This document shows positions 29,346-32,000 of a stretch of 32,000 nucleotides of DNA, piece after piece (positions within the stretch are counted from its first letter, which is position 1; every line of letters begins with the position of its first letter). The position numbers and the translations under genes are program-made. The notes below the pieces were generated by a model. It made no database searches. It was given only the letters and a program-made list of their open reading frames with translations, and was not told the origin of the DNA. Location: NCBI RefSeq assembly GCF_000008565.1, contig NC_001263.1, forward strand, positions 341,865-373,864, given 5' to 3'. Origin of the DNA: Deinococcus radiodurans R1 = ATCC 13939 = DSM 20539. Lineage in GTDB: Bacteria > Deinococcota > Deinococci > Deinococcales > Deinococcaceae.

Positions 29346-29567
29346 TCAGCCCTGCTTGGAAGCGGGCACCGAGCGGGCCTCTTCCACGTCCTTCTTTTCC
29401 TTGAGCTTGTCGTGTTCGGTGTTGCGGGCGGCGTTGGCCTCGCGGTCGTTCACGCCTTTGAAGGAAGGCTTGCCGTCGTGCTCGATTTCGTGCACTTCTT
29501 TCTTGTTGCGGTCGTAGTCTTGGGGCTCGCTGGTGTGGCCCTTGTTCTTGTCGTCTTTGTCAGGCAT
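29346..29567 (-). CDS. Small highly charged hydrophilic protein (73 aa)
   Basis: MPDKDDKNKGHTSEPQDYDRNKKEVHEIEHDGKPSFKGVNDREANAARNTEHDKLKEKKDVEEARSVPASKQG. There is no hydrophobic core, the GC3-rich codon use is good, and it has its own terminator. Confidence 0.6.
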   Translation of the reverse strand: MPDKDDKNKGHTSEPQDYDRNKKEVHEIEHDGKPSFKGVNDREANAARNTEHDKLKEKKDVEEARSVPASKQG

Positions 29568-29678
29568 GGCGGCAGCGTGTCACAGCGCCCCGCGCCAAAA
29601 ACGAGAGAAGTGTCAAAGCCGGTTCACAGATGAAGGTTTTGCCAGGGCGGGCGGGGGCCAGCGCCTATACTTGCCGTT

Positions 29679-31256
<1,578 letters not shown>

Positions 31257-31271
31257 AGCCCTGGGCAAGGT

Positions 31272-31313
31272 GCGGGGGCGTGGGGTTGATGCCTGCGCCC
31301 CCGCTTTGTTTTG
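31272..31313 (+). terminator. Intrinsic terminator of lysS
   Basis: GCGGGGGCG-N15-CGCCCCCGC perfect 9-bp stem followed by TTTGTTTTG. Confidence 0.75.
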
Positions 31314-31387
31314 GGCCGGAGCGGTGGCCCCTAAATCTACAGAACTGACGAAAGGGAGGGGAAGCGTCACCGCCTACACTGCGCGGT

Positions 31388-32000
31388 ATGTGGATGAATC
31401 TCCTGCTGGCGTTTTTGCCGGTCAGCCTGCTGCTGGAATACGTCTTTCACGCGCCGCCGCTGTGGGTGTTTTTCACGGCGACCATCGCCATCATTCCGCT
31501 CGCCGACTGGCTGCGGCAGGCCACCGAACAGATTGCCGAGCGGGTCGGGCAGACTATCGGCGGGCTGCTCAACGTGACCTTCGGCAACCTCGCCGAACTC
31601 ATCATCGCCATTTTCGTGCTGCTGTCGGGCAACGCGGTGGTCGTCAAGGCGCAGATTACCGGCTCTATCATCGGCAACGCGCTGCTGGGGCTGGGGCTCG
31701 CCATCCTCATCGGCAGCGTCGGGCGGCAGCGGCAGAAATTCAGCTGGCAAAACGCCGGGCAGCTCAACTCCATGCTGGTGCTCGTGACCATCGCCCTGCT
31801 CATCCCGGCGCTGTTCGACTACACCGAGCGGCTGCCGGGCTTCGCGGCGGGAAGCGACCTCGCGCGCAGCGACCTCGACGAGCGCCTGAGCCTCGCGGTG
31901 GCGGTGGTTTTGATCGCGGCCTACGCCCTGAACCTCGTCTACACGCTGGTCACCCACAAGGACATCTTCGCCCTCGATGACGGCACCGAGGAAGGCTCAG
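31388..32000 (+). CDS. Ca2+/H+ antiporter (CAX/ChaA family), 5' part; open at window end
   Basis: My own translation is [81 protein letters not shown]..., with the GNxxE alpha-repeat signature. TACACT lies 7 nt upstream. It is absent from the ORF track because no stop is reached. Confidence 0.8.
   Translation, partial: MWMNLLLAFLPVSLLLEYVFHAPPLWVFFTATIAIIPLADWLRQATEQIAERVGQTIGGLLNVTFGNLAELIIAIFVLLSGNAVVVKAQITGSIIGNALLGLGLAILIGSVGRQRQKFSWQNAGQLNSMLVLVTIALLIPALFDYTERLPGFAAGSDLARSDLDERLSLAVAVVLIAAYALNLVYTLVTHKDIFALDDGTEEGS

Overview
This is a 32-kb chromosomal segment of roughly 66-68% GC that looks like Deinococcus, probably D. radiodurans or a close relative. I base that on gene content and order recalled from memory, SNR-like hairpin repeats, a HAIR-like operator at lon and many leaderless-type promoters; none of it can be verified here. 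The content is mostly housekeeping. On the minus strand there is a System I cytochrome c maturation operon, ccmC-D-E-F-G plus the start of a possible ccmH (1-4203), with no ccmAB. After it come lon, a PASTA-domain membrane protein with a truncated, degenerate kinase-like head, a DUF1345 protein, a very large RNase R gene (9672-13805) and xth. Next are a small hypothetical gene, a SAM methyltransferase, an AlgH/YqgE-family gene, a YgfZ-type folate-binding protein, a membrane protein, and a DUF3006 gene paired with a ComEC-like MBL lipoprotein. The window ends with ddl, a peptide-type ABC importer (binding protein plus two permeases, no ATPase), futalosine-pathway genes (MqnE/C-type radical SAM and mqnA) separated by a GNAT/AIM24/small-membrane-ORF block, a tiny hydrophilic protein, lysS and the start of a Ca2+/H+ antiporter. 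I found no mobile elements, CRISPR arrays, tRNA/rRNA genes or recognisable defence system. The items most worth a second look: (1) RNase R appears to carry a ~380-aa N-terminal extension with seven RGRKPK (AT-hook-like) motifs, an RG-rich insertion and a ~265-aa RGG-rich tail. (2) That gene and the MBL lipoprotein gene are broken by several frame shifts, each equivalent to the loss of one base, including a hidden 40-nt out-of-frame patch in the RNB core. This points to sequence errors or recent decay. (3) The PASTA pseudokinase. (4) TANNNT boxes lie 6-9 nt upstream of at least 10 start codons, which suggests leaderless mRNAs. (5) A HAIR-like operator overlaps the lon promoter. (6) Small ORFs missing from the ORF track: ccmD and a 58-aa membrane ORF coupled to mqnA.
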